Of a DNA stretch of 64,000 nucleotides, positions 54,544-63,623 are shown piece by piece. Each line of letters starts with the position of its first letter. Position 1 is the first letter of the stretch. A program made the position numbers and the translations under genes. Below the pieces are notes generated by a model. The model saw only the letters and a program-made list of their open reading frames with translations. It did not search any database and was not told where the DNA came from. The stretch is from an uncultured Victivallales bacterium. GTDB lineage: Bacteria; Verrucomicrobiota; Kiritimatiellia; UBA8416; CAZASC01. The stretch is taken from positions 19,306 to 83,305 of the forward strand of contig CAZASC010000003.1 of assembly GCA_964487695.1 (NCBI GenBank), given 5' to 3'.

Positions 54544-54623
54544 TCCACGATCTAATTTTTCATTTTCAATGAGAAGCGGTGTCATTATTCCGCTCCCTCT
54601 GGTGGGAAACACGATAGATTATC

Positions 54624-54974
54624 ATGAATTACTTTCTTGTGCTTCTATTTATCGGGTTAACCGGAGCCTTCGTCTTTGGTGGACTCATTGCTTCCTTTCT
54701 TATTGCTCCGCATAAGCCCGGCAAGGTGAAGAACTCGCCCTACGAATGCGGTGAGAAACCCATGGGCTCGGCGTGGGTCCAATTCAACGTCGGCTATTAC
54801 CTCTTTGCGCTTTTATTCCTGGTTTTCGATGTTGAGGCCGCGTTCCTTTATCCATGGGCCGTTGTGCTGCGCGAAGTTGGCGTGGCAGGGCTGATGGAAG
54901 CCGGCGTTTTCATCCTGATCCTGCTCTCGGCGCTGGTTTACGCCTGGCGTAAAGGAGTGTTGGAATGGGTGTAA
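54624..54974 (+). CDS. nuoA: NADH-quinone oxidoreductase subunit A
   Basis: 116 aa, 3 TM, YECGE motif. Confidence 0.9.
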   Translation: MNYFLVLLFIGLTGAFVFGGLIASFLIAPHKPGKVKNSPYECGEKPMGSAWVQFNVGYYLFALLFLVFDVEAAFLYPWAVVLREVGVAGLMEAGVFILILLSALVYAWRKGVLEWV

Positions 54975-55624
54975 TCACCGAAAAGCTTCCCATCTACATA
55001 GAGCCTATGCCGGGCGGCTCGATGGTTTTGACGAGCATGGATTTCATGATCAACTGGGCGCATGCCAACAGTCTCTGGCCCCTGACTTTCGGTACAAGTT
55101 GCTGCGCCATCGAGGTGATGATGGCTGCCGGCGCTTCAAATCACGATCTCGCACGATTCGGCGCAGAAGTGGCAAGGGCAACGCCCCGGCAGGCCGATTT
55201 GCTGGTTGTTGCCGGCACGATCGTCAAACGCATGGCGCCGATACTGAAGACTCTGTACGCGCAAATGGGGGAACCGCGCTATGTCATCGCCACCGGCTCC
55301 TGCGCGATTTCGGGCGGACCGTTCGTTTTCAATTCGTATACGACGATCCGGGGCGTTGACCAGCTTATACCCGTGGACGTTTACGTCCCGGGTTGTCCTC
55401 CTCGGCCCGAGGCGTTTTTCTACGGGCTGCTGACGCTTCAGCGAATGATCAAGGAAGGCGAAACTGTCCGCAAACCCGGCATTCGCCGTAAACCGGTCAT
55501 GGCTGCATTGCCGGAAGGAATTACCATCGCGGATATACAAGCCGAATTGGCCGCACTTCTCGATCGAAACGCCACTGTCAATGTGCCGCAGCAATGCAAG
55601 GAAAGGGATCTCGATGAGCCCTGA
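54965..55624 (+). CDS. nuoB: NADH-quinone oxidoreductase subunit B (N2 cluster), with C-terminal extension
   Basis: GTSCCAIE, GSCAISGG and VPGCPPRPEA cysteines, plus ~50 extra C-terminal residues. Confidence 0.9.
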   Translation: MGVITEKLPIYIEPMPGGSMVLTSMDFMINWAHANSLWPLTFGTSCCAIEVMMAAGASNHDLARFGAEVARATPRQADLLVVAGTIVKRMAPILKTLYAQMGEPRYVIATGSCAISGGPFVFNSYTTIRGVDQLIPVDVYVPGCPPRPEAFFYGLLTLQRMIKEGETVRKPGIRRKPVMAALPEGITIADIQAELAALLDRNATVNVPQQCKERDLDEP

Positions 55625-56078
55625 CGATCTTGTTGCGGCGGTCATAGCCATCGAGTCAGGAGTTGCAAAGAAGGATCTTTGTGACCGGCTCGCGGTCAAC
55701 GTTTTGCCTGAAACGCTGCTCAAATTCATGCAGAGGCTTCACGACGACCCGCAACTGGCTTTCGATATGCTGTACACTCACACCGCAGTTGATTATCCAG
55801 TGGAAAACAGGATCGAACTTATATATCAACTCTATTCGGTGAAGCAGCGGCATTATCTTATGGTGGCGACGTCGGTGAAGCGCGACAAACCGGAAATCTC
55901 CAGCGTGAGTTCCATCTGGCGCATCGCAGAGTGGCATGAGCGCGAGGTCTACGATTTGTTTGGCGTCCTCTATGACGGGCATCCAGATCTCCGGCGACTG
56001 TTTCTCGATGACGATTGGAAAGGCTTTCCGCTAAGAAAAGACTACAAAGATGATTTCATGTTGGAGCGCCCGGAATGA
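55614..56078 (+). CDS. nuoC: NADH-quinone oxidoreductase subunit C
   Basis: 30-kDa family block WHEREVYDLFGVLYDGHPDLRRLF. Start taken at ATG 55614. Confidence 0.85.
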   Translation: MSPDDLVAAVIAIESGVAKKDLCDRLAVNVLPETLLKFMQRLHDDPQLAFDMLYTHTAVDYPVENRIELIYQLYSVKQRHYLMVATSVKRDKPEISSVSSIWRIAEWHEREVYDLFGVLYDGHPDLRRLFLDDDWKGFPLRKDYKDDFMLERPE

Positions 56079-57235
56079 GCATCAGAGTCACGACTCTCGA
56101 CGAAAAGATTCATGAAATCCCAACGAACGAAAGTCCGATGGCGAGTCAGGAATATTTTGTCAACATGGGCCCCCAGCATCCTTCAACCCACGGCGTACTC
56201 CGGCTTGTCCTGAAAATGGACGGTGAAACCGTGCGCGAGATTTTACCGGTTCTCGGCTATATCCATAGGGGCATCGAGAAAAAAGGCGAACATATCGGCT
56301 ATCGCCAGTTCGTCCACTTGACAGACCGGCTGGATTATCTTTCGGCGCTCGCCAATAACTGGGCAGTATCGATGGTCGTGGAAAAGGCCATGAACATCGA
56401 ACTCAACGATCGCATACAGACGATCCGCACCATCATGGCAGAGCTTCAGAGAATACAGAGCCATCAACTCTGGTGGGGCGTTTTCGGGATGGACCTTGGG
56501 GCTTTCACGCCGTTTCTTTACGGGTTCCGCGACCGCGAGAAGATCACGACAATACTGGAAGAAACAATCGGCGCGCGGTTGACAATGAATTACATCCAGC
56601 CCGGCGGGTTGATGTTCGACATTCAGCCGGATTTCGCGAAAAAGGTGAAGGAATTCATTTCTTACTTCAAGCCTAAGCTTGAGGAATATGAAACGCTTGT
56701 ATCAAACAACGTCATCTTCGAGCAGAGGATGAAAAACGTGGGCATTCTTGATGCCGCGACGGCGGTTTCGATTGGGACAACAGGCCCGGTCTTGCGCGCC
56801 AGCGGCGTTGCGCACGACCTGCGCAAGGACGAACCTTATGGAGTGTATGGCAAAGTCCAATTCAAGGTTGCGGTGGGCAGCGTTGGCGACTCATGGGATC
56901 GCTACCGGGTTCGCATCGAAGAGATGCGCCAGTCCATACAGATCGTCGAGCAGTTGATTGACAACATTCCTGAAGGCAAAACTTTGGTGATGAAACCGGC
57001 CATAAAAATCAAATTACCGGCGGGCAATTATTACAGCCATATCGAGACGGCACGCGGCATATTCGGCGTGTTTGTTGTCGCCGACGGAACGGACAGGCCT
57101 TACAGGATCCATCTGCGGACGCCTAATTTCAACAACCTTTGGGCTGTCACCGTGACAGCGCCTGGCTGGCGGCTGGCTGACTTGGTGACTATTCTTTCGT
57201 CACTTGATATTGTCGTTCCAGACATTGATCGATGA
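56075..57235 (+). CDS. nuoD: NADH-quinone oxidoreductase subunit D
   Basis: 49-kDa family blocks NMGPQHPSTHGVLRL and RIHLRTPNFNN. Confidence 0.9.
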   Translation: MSIRVTTLDEKIHEIPTNESPMASQEYFVNMGPQHPSTHGVLRLVLKMDGETVREILPVLGYIHRGIEKKGEHIGYRQFVHLTDRLDYLSALANNWAVSMVVEKAMNIELNDRIQTIRTIMAELQRIQSHQLWWGVFGMDLGAFTPFLYGFRDREKITTILEETIGARLTMNYIQPGGLMFDIQPDFAKKVKEFISYFKPKLEEYETLVSNNVIFEQRMKNVGILDAATAVSIGTTGPVLRASGVAHDLRKDEPYGVYGKVQFKVAVGSVGDSWDRYRVRIEEMRQSIQIVEQLIDNIPEGKTLVMKPAIKIKLPAGNYYSHIETARGIFGVFVVADGTDRPYRIHLRTPNFNNLWAVTVTAPGWRLADLVTILSSLDIVVPDIDR

Positions 57236-57245
57236 GATTTTGAAA

Positions 57246-58334
57246 ATGAACACAACCTGGAAAGTTACAACTGTTGCGCAGCGAGCAGCCGAAGCCCTGC
57301 CGGCACATCCATGGATCGCGAGCGGCTATTTGCTTCTTGGTGTGGCAGGCATCGGGGCTTTCGTCGCCGGTCTTGGGCTGGCCATGATCTACGCTGAACG
57401 CAAAATCGCCGCGCATTTCCAGTGCCGCCTCGGCCCCATGAGGGTGGGGTGGCATGGTCTGCTGCAAACTGTGGCCGACATGCTCAAGCTCCTCATGAAG
57501 GAGGACATTGTGCCCGCCCAGGGCGATCAGCTCCTGCATCTGTTCGCGCCGCTGCTGACGTTTCTCGGAACCATGCTGGCGATCATGATGGTTCCCATGA
57601 GTCCCATCCTTCAGGTCGCTGATGTGAACATCGGCGTTCTTTATGTCACCGCGGTCAGCGGGTTCGGTGTGCTTGGCATTTTGCTTGGCGGCTGGAGCTC
57701 TAATAATAAATGGTCGCTCCTGGGCGCGATGCGCGCCGGTGCGCAAATCATTTCCTATGAAATCTCCGCCACGCTGGCGTTGCTTGTCGTTGTGATGTTC
57801 TCTGGAACACTCCAATTGTCGCATATCGTACAGAGTCAGGCCGATGGCTGGTGGATCTGGCGCGCGCCCGGCGTGGGCCTTGTTTCGTTCATCGTCTATC
57901 TCATCGCCTCGACAGCGGAAATCAACCGCACTCCGTTTGACATACCGGAAGGCGAAAGCGAGCTGACGGCCGGGTTCCACACCGAATATTCTGGAATCAG
58001 GTTCGCTTTCTTCTTTCTAGCCGAATTCATCAACATGTTCATCGTCTCGGCCATGGCGGCTACTTTGTTCCTTGGCGGCTGGATGCCTTTCCATATTGGC
58101 GGTTTTGGCACGCTGAACCATGCCATGGATTTGATACCGCCGGGATTGTGGTTCGCCGGTAAAACCGGTTTCCTGATATTCCTCATCATGTGGTTCCGCT
58201 GGACCTTTCCGCGTCTGCGCGTTGACCAGCTGATGCGGCTTGAATGGAAAATTCTGCTTCCAGTGGGTTTTGCCAATCTCCTTGTCGGCGCTAGTTTCGT
58301 GATTTTCAATCTGTACTTTTTCCCGTGGCATTAA
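57246..58334 (+). CDS. nuoH: NADH-quinone oxidoreductase subunit H
   Basis: AERKIAAHFQCRLGP and NRTPFDIPEGESELTAGFHTEYSG. Follows nuoD directly, with no nuoEFG in between. Confidence 0.9.
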   Translation: MNTTWKVTTVAQRAAEALPAHPWIASGYLLLGVAGIGAFVAGLGLAMIYAERKIAAHFQCRLGPMRVGWHGLLQTVADMLKLLMKEDIVPAQGDQLLHLFAPLLTFLGTMLAIMMVPMSPILQVADVNIGVLYVTAVSGFGVLGILLGGWSSNNKWSLLGAMRAGAQIISYEISATLALLVVVMFSGTLQLSHIVQSQADGWWIWRAPGVGLVSFIVYLIASTAEINRTPFDIPEGESELTAGFHTEYSGIRFAFFFLAEFINMFIVSAMAATLFLGGWMPFHIGGFGTLNHAMDLIPPGLWFAGKTGFLIFLIMWFRWTFPRLRVDQLMRLEWKILLPVGFANLLVGASFVIFNLYFFPWH

Positions 58335-58343
58335 GAAGTGGTT

Positions 58344-59024
58344 ATGAGTTTTGATGATAAAATAGAAGCAGGTGCGCAAAGCGCATCGGTTGTTGTTGTG
58401 GCTCGACCGGCAGAAAGGGGCATAGTGCGCTCCTTTGTGGACGGAATGATGTCCCTTTTCAAGGGCATGAAAGTGACCTTCCATTATCTCTCGCACCCAT
58501 CCACCGTGGTGACCCAGCAATATCCGGAGAATCGCAAAACCTTGCGCATGGCCGATCGTTTCAGGGGGCAACTGGCGTTTGTGCGCGACGAGAATGGCTA
58601 TCACAAATGCATCTCCTGCCACACGTGCGAAACTGCCTGTCCAAACGGTTCTATCGTTATTGATGATAGAAAAGGTGCGACCACCGGGAAGAACGAGATT
58701 AATCATTTTGTCTGGCGCTTCGACAGTTGCACTTTTTGCAATATGTGCGTCATGGTATGTCCGACGGCGGCGCTCAAGATGCTGCCCAACTTTGAATCCG
58801 CGGTTTACGATCAGAGGTTGCTGGTTTACAACTTGAACCCTTATGCGGGACCGGCTGCGCCGGTGCTTTTGAAAGTAACAGATCAGGAGGAACGCAAAAA
58901 GCTGATGGAAGCGCGAAAATTCTACGAGGGGCCAGTGCCGCTTTGCGGCGAAGCGATGCCGGGCTGTCCGGCTGAGAACCGGATTTCTCCGACACCAGAT
59001 TCTTCGGGGGAAAAGAAATGCTGA
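58344..59024 (+). CDS. nuoI: NADH-quinone oxidoreductase subunit I (2x 4Fe-4S), with C-terminal extension
   Basis: CISCHTCETACP and CTFCNMCVMVCP, plus a ~70-aa C-terminal tail. Confidence 0.85.
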   Translation: MSFDDKIEAGAQSASVVVVARPAERGIVRSFVDGMMSLFKGMKVTFHYLSHPSTVVTQQYPENRKTLRMADRFRGQLAFVRDENGYHKCISCHTCETACPNGSIVIDDRKGATTGKNEINHFVWRFDSCTFCNMCVMVCPTAALKMLPNFESAVYDQRLLVYNLNPYAGPAAPVLLKVTDQEERKKLMEARKFYEGPVPLCGEAMPGCPAENRISPTPDSSGEKKC

Positions 59025-59551
59025 GCAATTTTGTAGCCAACTTGATGTTTTACGTTCTAGCCGTAGTCGCGATCTTTTTCGCCATCGCCGTCGTCTGCAG
59101 CAGCCGGATACTTCGCGCGGCAGTTTATCTCATGTGCCTGCTGGCCACGAGCGCCGGCTTTTACCTGCTGTTGGGCGCGGAGTTCCTGGCCGGTGTTCAG
59201 ATTCTCGTTTATGTGGGCGGTATCGTTGTGTTGCTGGTGTTCGCAATAATGTTGACGCGATCCGCCGAGATGCCGGAAGACAAACCTTCGCTTTTGCGAC
59301 AGAGCCTTGGTTCGCTGGCGGCCGGCGGTTTCTTTGCGGTTACGGTGACGATGTTCCGCTTTTCTGATTTTCCAGCCCTCCAGAAAGGTGTTCTTGCAGG
59401 CGGCGACACAGCTGAAATTGGACGACGGCTTCTCAATCGCGGTGCACACGGTTATCTGTTGCCATTCGAGGTCATTTCACTCCTGCTGTTGAGCGTGGCA
59501 ATAGGCGGAATCGTTCTGGCGCGTAAACTCCATCCGAAAGGAGGGGAGTAA
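59018..59551 (+). CDS. nuoJ: NADH-quinone oxidoreductase subunit J
   Basis: Hydrophobic 177 aa. The GAEFLAGVQILVYVGGIVVL block is typical of NuoJ, and the position in the operon fits. Confidence 0.8.
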   Translation: MLSNFVANLMFYVLAVVAIFFAIAVVCSSRILRAAVYLMCLLATSAGFYLLLGAEFLAGVQILVYVGGIVVLLVFAIMLTRSAEMPEDKPSLLRQSLGSLAAGGFFAVTVTMFRFSDFPALQKGVLAGGDTAEIGRRLLNRGAHGYLLPFEVISLLLLSVAIGGIVLARKLHPKGGE

Positions 59552-59613
59552 TCGTGCAGCAATGTTTCGCCACACATTTCCCAGGAGTTGTTCTGTGGTT
59601 GAAATGCTTTGCC

Positions 59614-59928
59614 ATGCATTCTCCAGGAGTTTTTCACTGGCTGGTACTTTCGACGCTGCTGTTTTCGATCGGCATTTATGGCGTGCTAACCCGCCGGAAT
59701 GCGGTTGGTATTCTCATGGCCGTCGAGCTTCTGCTGAACTCTGGTGCGCTGAATTTTGTGGTTTTCGACCGGTACGTAGCGCCCGGCGTCGTGGATGGCG
59801 AAATCATGGCTATCTTCATCATTGCTGTGGCGGCGGCGGAAGTGGTTGCGGGCATGGCTATCTTCGTTACTTTGTTCAGGAACCGTAAAACGGTTGACGT
59901 GACCAGTATGGACATGATGAAACATTGA
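59614..59928 (+). CDS. nuoK: NADH-quinone oxidoreductase subunit K
   Basis: ~100-aa 3-TM protein with LSTLLFSIGIYGVLTRRN..MAVELLLNSGALNFV. Start is uncertain: ATG 59614, or GTG 59554 as in the track. Confidence 0.8.
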   Translation: MHSPGVFHWLVLSTLLFSIGIYGVLTRRNAVGILMAVELLLNSGALNFVVFDRYVAPGVVDGEIMAIFIIAVAAAEVVAGMAIFVTLFRNRKTVDVTSMDMMKH

Positions 59929-59954
59929 CGGATAGATTGACGGAGTTCGTTTTT

Positions 59955-61955
59955 ATGCAAGATGCTTTGATTCTAGGGTTCGCGCTGAAACATGCCTGGC
60001 TTATTCCAGGTATTCCTTTCTTCTCGTTCCTGATTGTGGGCTTGTTTATCCGCCCCCTGTCGCAAAAGGTGGCAAGCATAGTTGCGACGGCGTCCATATT
60101 CGTGACTGCGATCCTCGCCTGGCTCCTGGCTTGGGAATATTTTCATCTATTCCCTGTCGGCACAGAACGGCTTACCCTGATCCCGTGGAGCTTCGAGTGG
60201 CTCACTTATCAGAACAATATGTCCGTCAACGTCGGCGTCCTGATTGATCCAATCTCGGTGTTGTTGCTGGTCGTGGTCACCACGGTCAGCGCACTGGTGC
60301 ATCTCTATTCCATCGGCTACATGCATGGTGATACGGGTATCGGCCGCTACTTCACATTCCTTAATCTGTTCACCTTCAGCATGCTTGGGCTTGTCGTATC
60401 GCCGAACATTCTGCAGATGTATGTTTTCTGGGAGCTGGTTGGCGTGAGTTCGTTCCTGTTGATTGGCTTCTATTACGCCAAGCCATCAGCTGTCGCGGCG
60501 TCGAAAAAGGCGTTCATTGTCACTCGCTTTGCCGATCTTGGTTTCTTCATAGGTGTGTTGATCCTTGGTTACTATGGCTATCAGTTTTATGGAAAGCTTG
60601 GAGCAGCGGTCGCACCGGCAGTCGGTGGGGCAGCAGTCCAGCCTTTTGACTTTGTGTACCTGTGTAATCCTCATGTCCTCGCGGCGTTCGCGCGAGCGGG
60701 ATGGGCGTTTTCGGGATTAAGCATCCTGACCCTCGCCATGGTGCTGGTTTTCATGGGCGCGGCTGGCAAGAGCGCGATGTTCCCGCTCCACATCTGGCTG
60801 CCGGACGCAATGGAAGGCCCTACGCCGGTGTCCGCTTTGATTCATGCGGCAACGATGGTCGTGGCCGGCGTGTATCTGGTTGCGCGGATGTTCCCGGTTT
60901 TTGCCGCATCCGGGCACGCGTTGATGGTGGTCGCTTACGTTGGCGCGTTCACTTCCCTGTTCGCAGCCGTGATCGGCTGCACGCAGGACGACATCAAGCG
61001 CGTGCTGGCTTTCTCGACCTTGAGCCAGTTGGGCTACATGATGTTTGCACTCGGCGTGGCAACCATGGATCAACCGCTCGGTTACACCGCTTCTATGTTC
61101 CATCTGTTCACGCATGCCTTTTTCAAGGCGTTGCTTTTCCTGTGCGCCGGATCTGTGATCCACGCTGTCCATAGCAACGAAATATGGGACATGGGCGGGT
61201 TGTGGCGTAAGATGCCATTCACGCACATCACGTTTCTGATTGCCACGCTCGCCATTTCCGGTATCTACCCGTTTGCCGGGTTCTTCTCCAAAGACGAGAT
61301 CCTGGCTTCCGCCCTCGCAACGGGGCACCGTGGAATTCTTGCGCTGGCGATGCTGGTCGCTGGCATGACGGCTTTCTACATGTTCCGGATTTACTTTGTG
61401 ACGTTCTGGGGCAAGCCGCGCGGGCATAACGCCGAACACGCGCACGAAGCTCCGCTCGTCATGCTGCTCCCGCTGGCAGTTCTCGCAGGGCTGTCGCTTG
61501 TGGCTGGCTTCGTTCCCATGAATCAGTTCATCTCGATCGGTCACGCTCAAGAAGGACACGGTGGAATAGATTTCGTTATTGCGATCCCTGCCACTGTGCT
61601 GGCATTGCTTGGAATTTTCATGGCATGGCTATTGTATGGACGGGCGACCAGGCTGGCTGAAGGGCTGACAAATATGATGGGCTTTGTTTATACCGCCATA
61701 AAGAAGAAGTTCTACTTCGACGAAATCTATCTATTTGTGACCAAGAAAGTTATCTTCCGCCTGGTGGCTGCGCCCATCGCGTGGTTCGACCGTCACGTCG
61801 TTGATGGCAGCATCAACCTGAGCGGCTGGTGCACACGAACGTTGGGCTACGAACTTAGTTTCCTGCAAACAGGCCAGGTGCAAACCTATGGCTTCTGGTT
61901 CGTGAGCGGCGCAATATCTGTGTTGTTATTCATTCTGTTGTTCCTGGAGATTTAA
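59955..61955 (+). CDS. nuoL: NADH-quinone oxidoreductase subunit L (antiporter-like)
   Basis: WELVGVSSFLLIGF, GKSAMFPLHIWLPDAMEGPTPVSALIHAATMV and the long C-terminal amphipathic region typical of NuoL. Confidence 0.9.
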   Translation: MQDALILGFALKHAWLIPGIPFFSFLIVGLFIRPLSQKVASIVATASIFVTAILAWLLAWEYFHLFPVGTERLTLIPWSFEWLTYQNNMSVNVGVLIDPISVLLLVVVTTVSALVHLYSIGYMHGDTGIGRYFTFLNLFTFSMLGLVVSPNILQMYVFWELVGVSSFLLIGFYYAKPSAVAASKKAFIVTRFADLGFFIGVLILGYYGYQFYGKLGAAVAPAVGGAAVQPFDFVYLCNPHVLAAFARAGWAFSGLSILTLAMVLVFMGAAGKSAMFPLHIWLPDAMEGPTPVSALIHAATMVVAGVYLVARMFPVFAASGHALMVVAYVGAFTSLFAAVIGCTQDDIKRVLAFSTLSQLGYMMFALGVATMDQPLGYTASMFHLFTHAFFKALLFLCAGSVIHAVHSNEIWDMGGLWRKMPFTHITFLIATLAISGIYPFAGFFSKDEILASALATGHRGILALAMLVAGMTAFYMFRIYFVTFWGKPRGHNAEHAHEAPLVMLLPLAVLAGLSLVAGFVPMNQFISIGHAQEGHGGIDFVIAIPATVLALLGIFMAWLLYGRATRLAEGLTNMMGFVYTAIKKKFYFDEIYLFVTKKVIFRLVAAPIAWFDRHVVDGSINLSGWCTRTLGYELSFLQTGQVQTYGFWFVSGAISVLLFILLFLEI

Positions 61956-61957
61956 AA

Positions 61958-63475
61958 ATGGGTCTGTTGAGCTGGCTGATTGCAATACCATTCTTGACCG
62001 CACTGGCTGTCATTGCCACGCCTTCTAGCCGCGCCGGCTGGATCCGGTGGATTTCCGCCTTCGGAACGGGATTGCAACTTGTTCTGACCGCGGTGGTCAC
62101 CTTCTTGTATTGGCAGGCTGCGGTTCCAGATATCGAAGCGATGAAAACCGCGCAGTTCACGAAATTGTATTTCGTCGAACAAGTCCCGTGGTTCCAAAGC
62201 CTTGGAATTCAATACAAGGTCGGGATGGACGGCATTTCCATGGCGATGGTCATACTGACCTCGATCATCATCTTCACCGGCGTCATGGCCAGCTGGAACG
62301 TCAAGGAACGTGGCAAAGAATTTTTTGCGCTGCTACTCACACTCGTGACGGGAGTGTTCGGCGTTTTTCTGAGTTTCGATTTGTTTCTCTTTTTCGTTTT
62401 TTACGAAGTCGCAGTCCTGCCGATGTATCTATTGATCGGCATCTGGGGCACCGGTCCAAAAGAATATTCCGCGATGAAGCTCACGTTGATGCTCCTTGTC
62501 GGGTCGGCCTTTATACTTGTTGGAATGCTGGCCATGTACCACGCGTCGGGCTTCCACACCTTTGACCTGACGCAACTTGCCCACGCTGATTTTCCGTCCC
62601 ATTTCCAGAAATGGGTGTTCCCGATGGTCTTCGTGGGATTTGGCGTGCTGGGAGCGCTCTATCCATTCCACACATGGTCGCCTGACGGACATGCGTCGGC
62701 ACCCACTGCAGTCTCGATGCTGCATGCCGGCGTCTTGATGAAGCTCGGTGGTTACGGCGCACTCAGAATCGCCGTCTACCTGCTTCCGGAGGGAGCAAAA
62801 TACTGGGGTCTCTTTTTCATGGGGCTCACCACTATCAATATCCTCTACGGTTCGCTTGGAGCGATCATGCAGAAGGACTTGAAATATTTCACCGCCTATT
62901 CTTCGGTTAGTCATTGCGGCTTCGTTCTGTTCGGTGTCGCGACCCTGAACTTCATGGGGGCGAAGGGCGCCGTGATTCAGATGTTCAGCCATGGAATCAT
63001 GACCGGCCTTTTCTTCGGTCTGATTGGGATGGTCTATGGCCGAAGCCACACCCGCATGATTCCTGAGATGGGCGGACTGGCAAAAGTAATGCCGTGGCTG
63101 GCAACTTCGTTTTATATCGCGGGCCTGGCTTCGCTTGGGTTGCCCGGTTTCTCGGGCTTTGTAGCCGAATCTCATGTGTTTCTTGGCGGTTTCTTCGGGA
63201 ATCCCTGGCACAGCCTTACGCTGATGAGGGTTTTAACCATACTCTCGACTATGTCCATCGTCGTGACAGCGGTTTATGTTTTGCGGGGTCTCGCCGCAGT
63301 TTTCCAGGGCCCCATCCTGAATCACCATTTCGATGAATTGACTGATGCCACATTGCCGGAAAAGATCTGCACAGGCGTACTGGTCGCAACTCTTACGATC
63401 ACAGGGGTAGCGCCATTCCTTTTGATCAACCTGATTTCGAGTTCTATTATGCCGATCATTAATCGGCTGCATTGA
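61958..63475 (+). CDS. nuoM: NADH-quinone oxidoreductase subunit M (antiporter-like)
   Basis: FFVFYEVAVLPMYLLIGIWG, HTWSPDGHASAPTAVSMLHAGVLMKLGGYG. Confidence 0.9.
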   Translation: MGLLSWLIAIPFLTALAVIATPSSRAGWIRWISAFGTGLQLVLTAVVTFLYWQAAVPDIEAMKTAQFTKLYFVEQVPWFQSLGIQYKVGMDGISMAMVILTSIIIFTGVMASWNVKERGKEFFALLLTLVTGVFGVFLSFDLFLFFVFYEVAVLPMYLLIGIWGTGPKEYSAMKLTLMLLVGSAFILVGMLAMYHASGFHTFDLTQLAHADFPSHFQKWVFPMVFVGFGVLGALYPFHTWSPDGHASAPTAVSMLHAGVLMKLGGYGALRIAVYLLPEGAKYWGLFFMGLTTINILYGSLGAIMQKDLKYFTAYSSVSHCGFVLFGVATLNFMGAKGAVIQMFSHGIMTGLFFGLIGMVYGRSHTRMIPEMGGLAKVMPWLATSFYIAGLASLGLPGFSGFVAESHVFLGGFFGNPWHSLTLMRVLTILSTMSIVVTAVYVLRGLAAVFQGPILNHHFDELTDATLPEKICTGVLVATLTITGVAPFLLINLISSSIMPIINRLH

Positions 63476-63623
63476 ACGGAAGTGGAATTTTGATGAGAAT
63501 TTCGTTGAAGAATACGCCCGGTGTGGTCACCGGGTCTACAAGACGGGCTGTTTCTGTAGGCCGTGTGAGCTCACGCGGCGCTGGTCCGGATATTCAGCGG
63601 GTTCCAACCAGAGGTGTTGAGCG

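Noticed and set aside
57236-57245. Possibility that nuoEFG were lost through an assembly gap between nuoD and nuoH
   Set aside because: The sequence is contiguous, with a 10-nt spacer and normal gene ends. The absence is real in this contig.
63507-63524. CCCGGTG-tggt-CACCGGG hairpin in the nuoM-nuoN gap
   Set aside because: The stem is short and has no U-tract, and it lies inside an operon. That is too weak to call a terminator or regulator.
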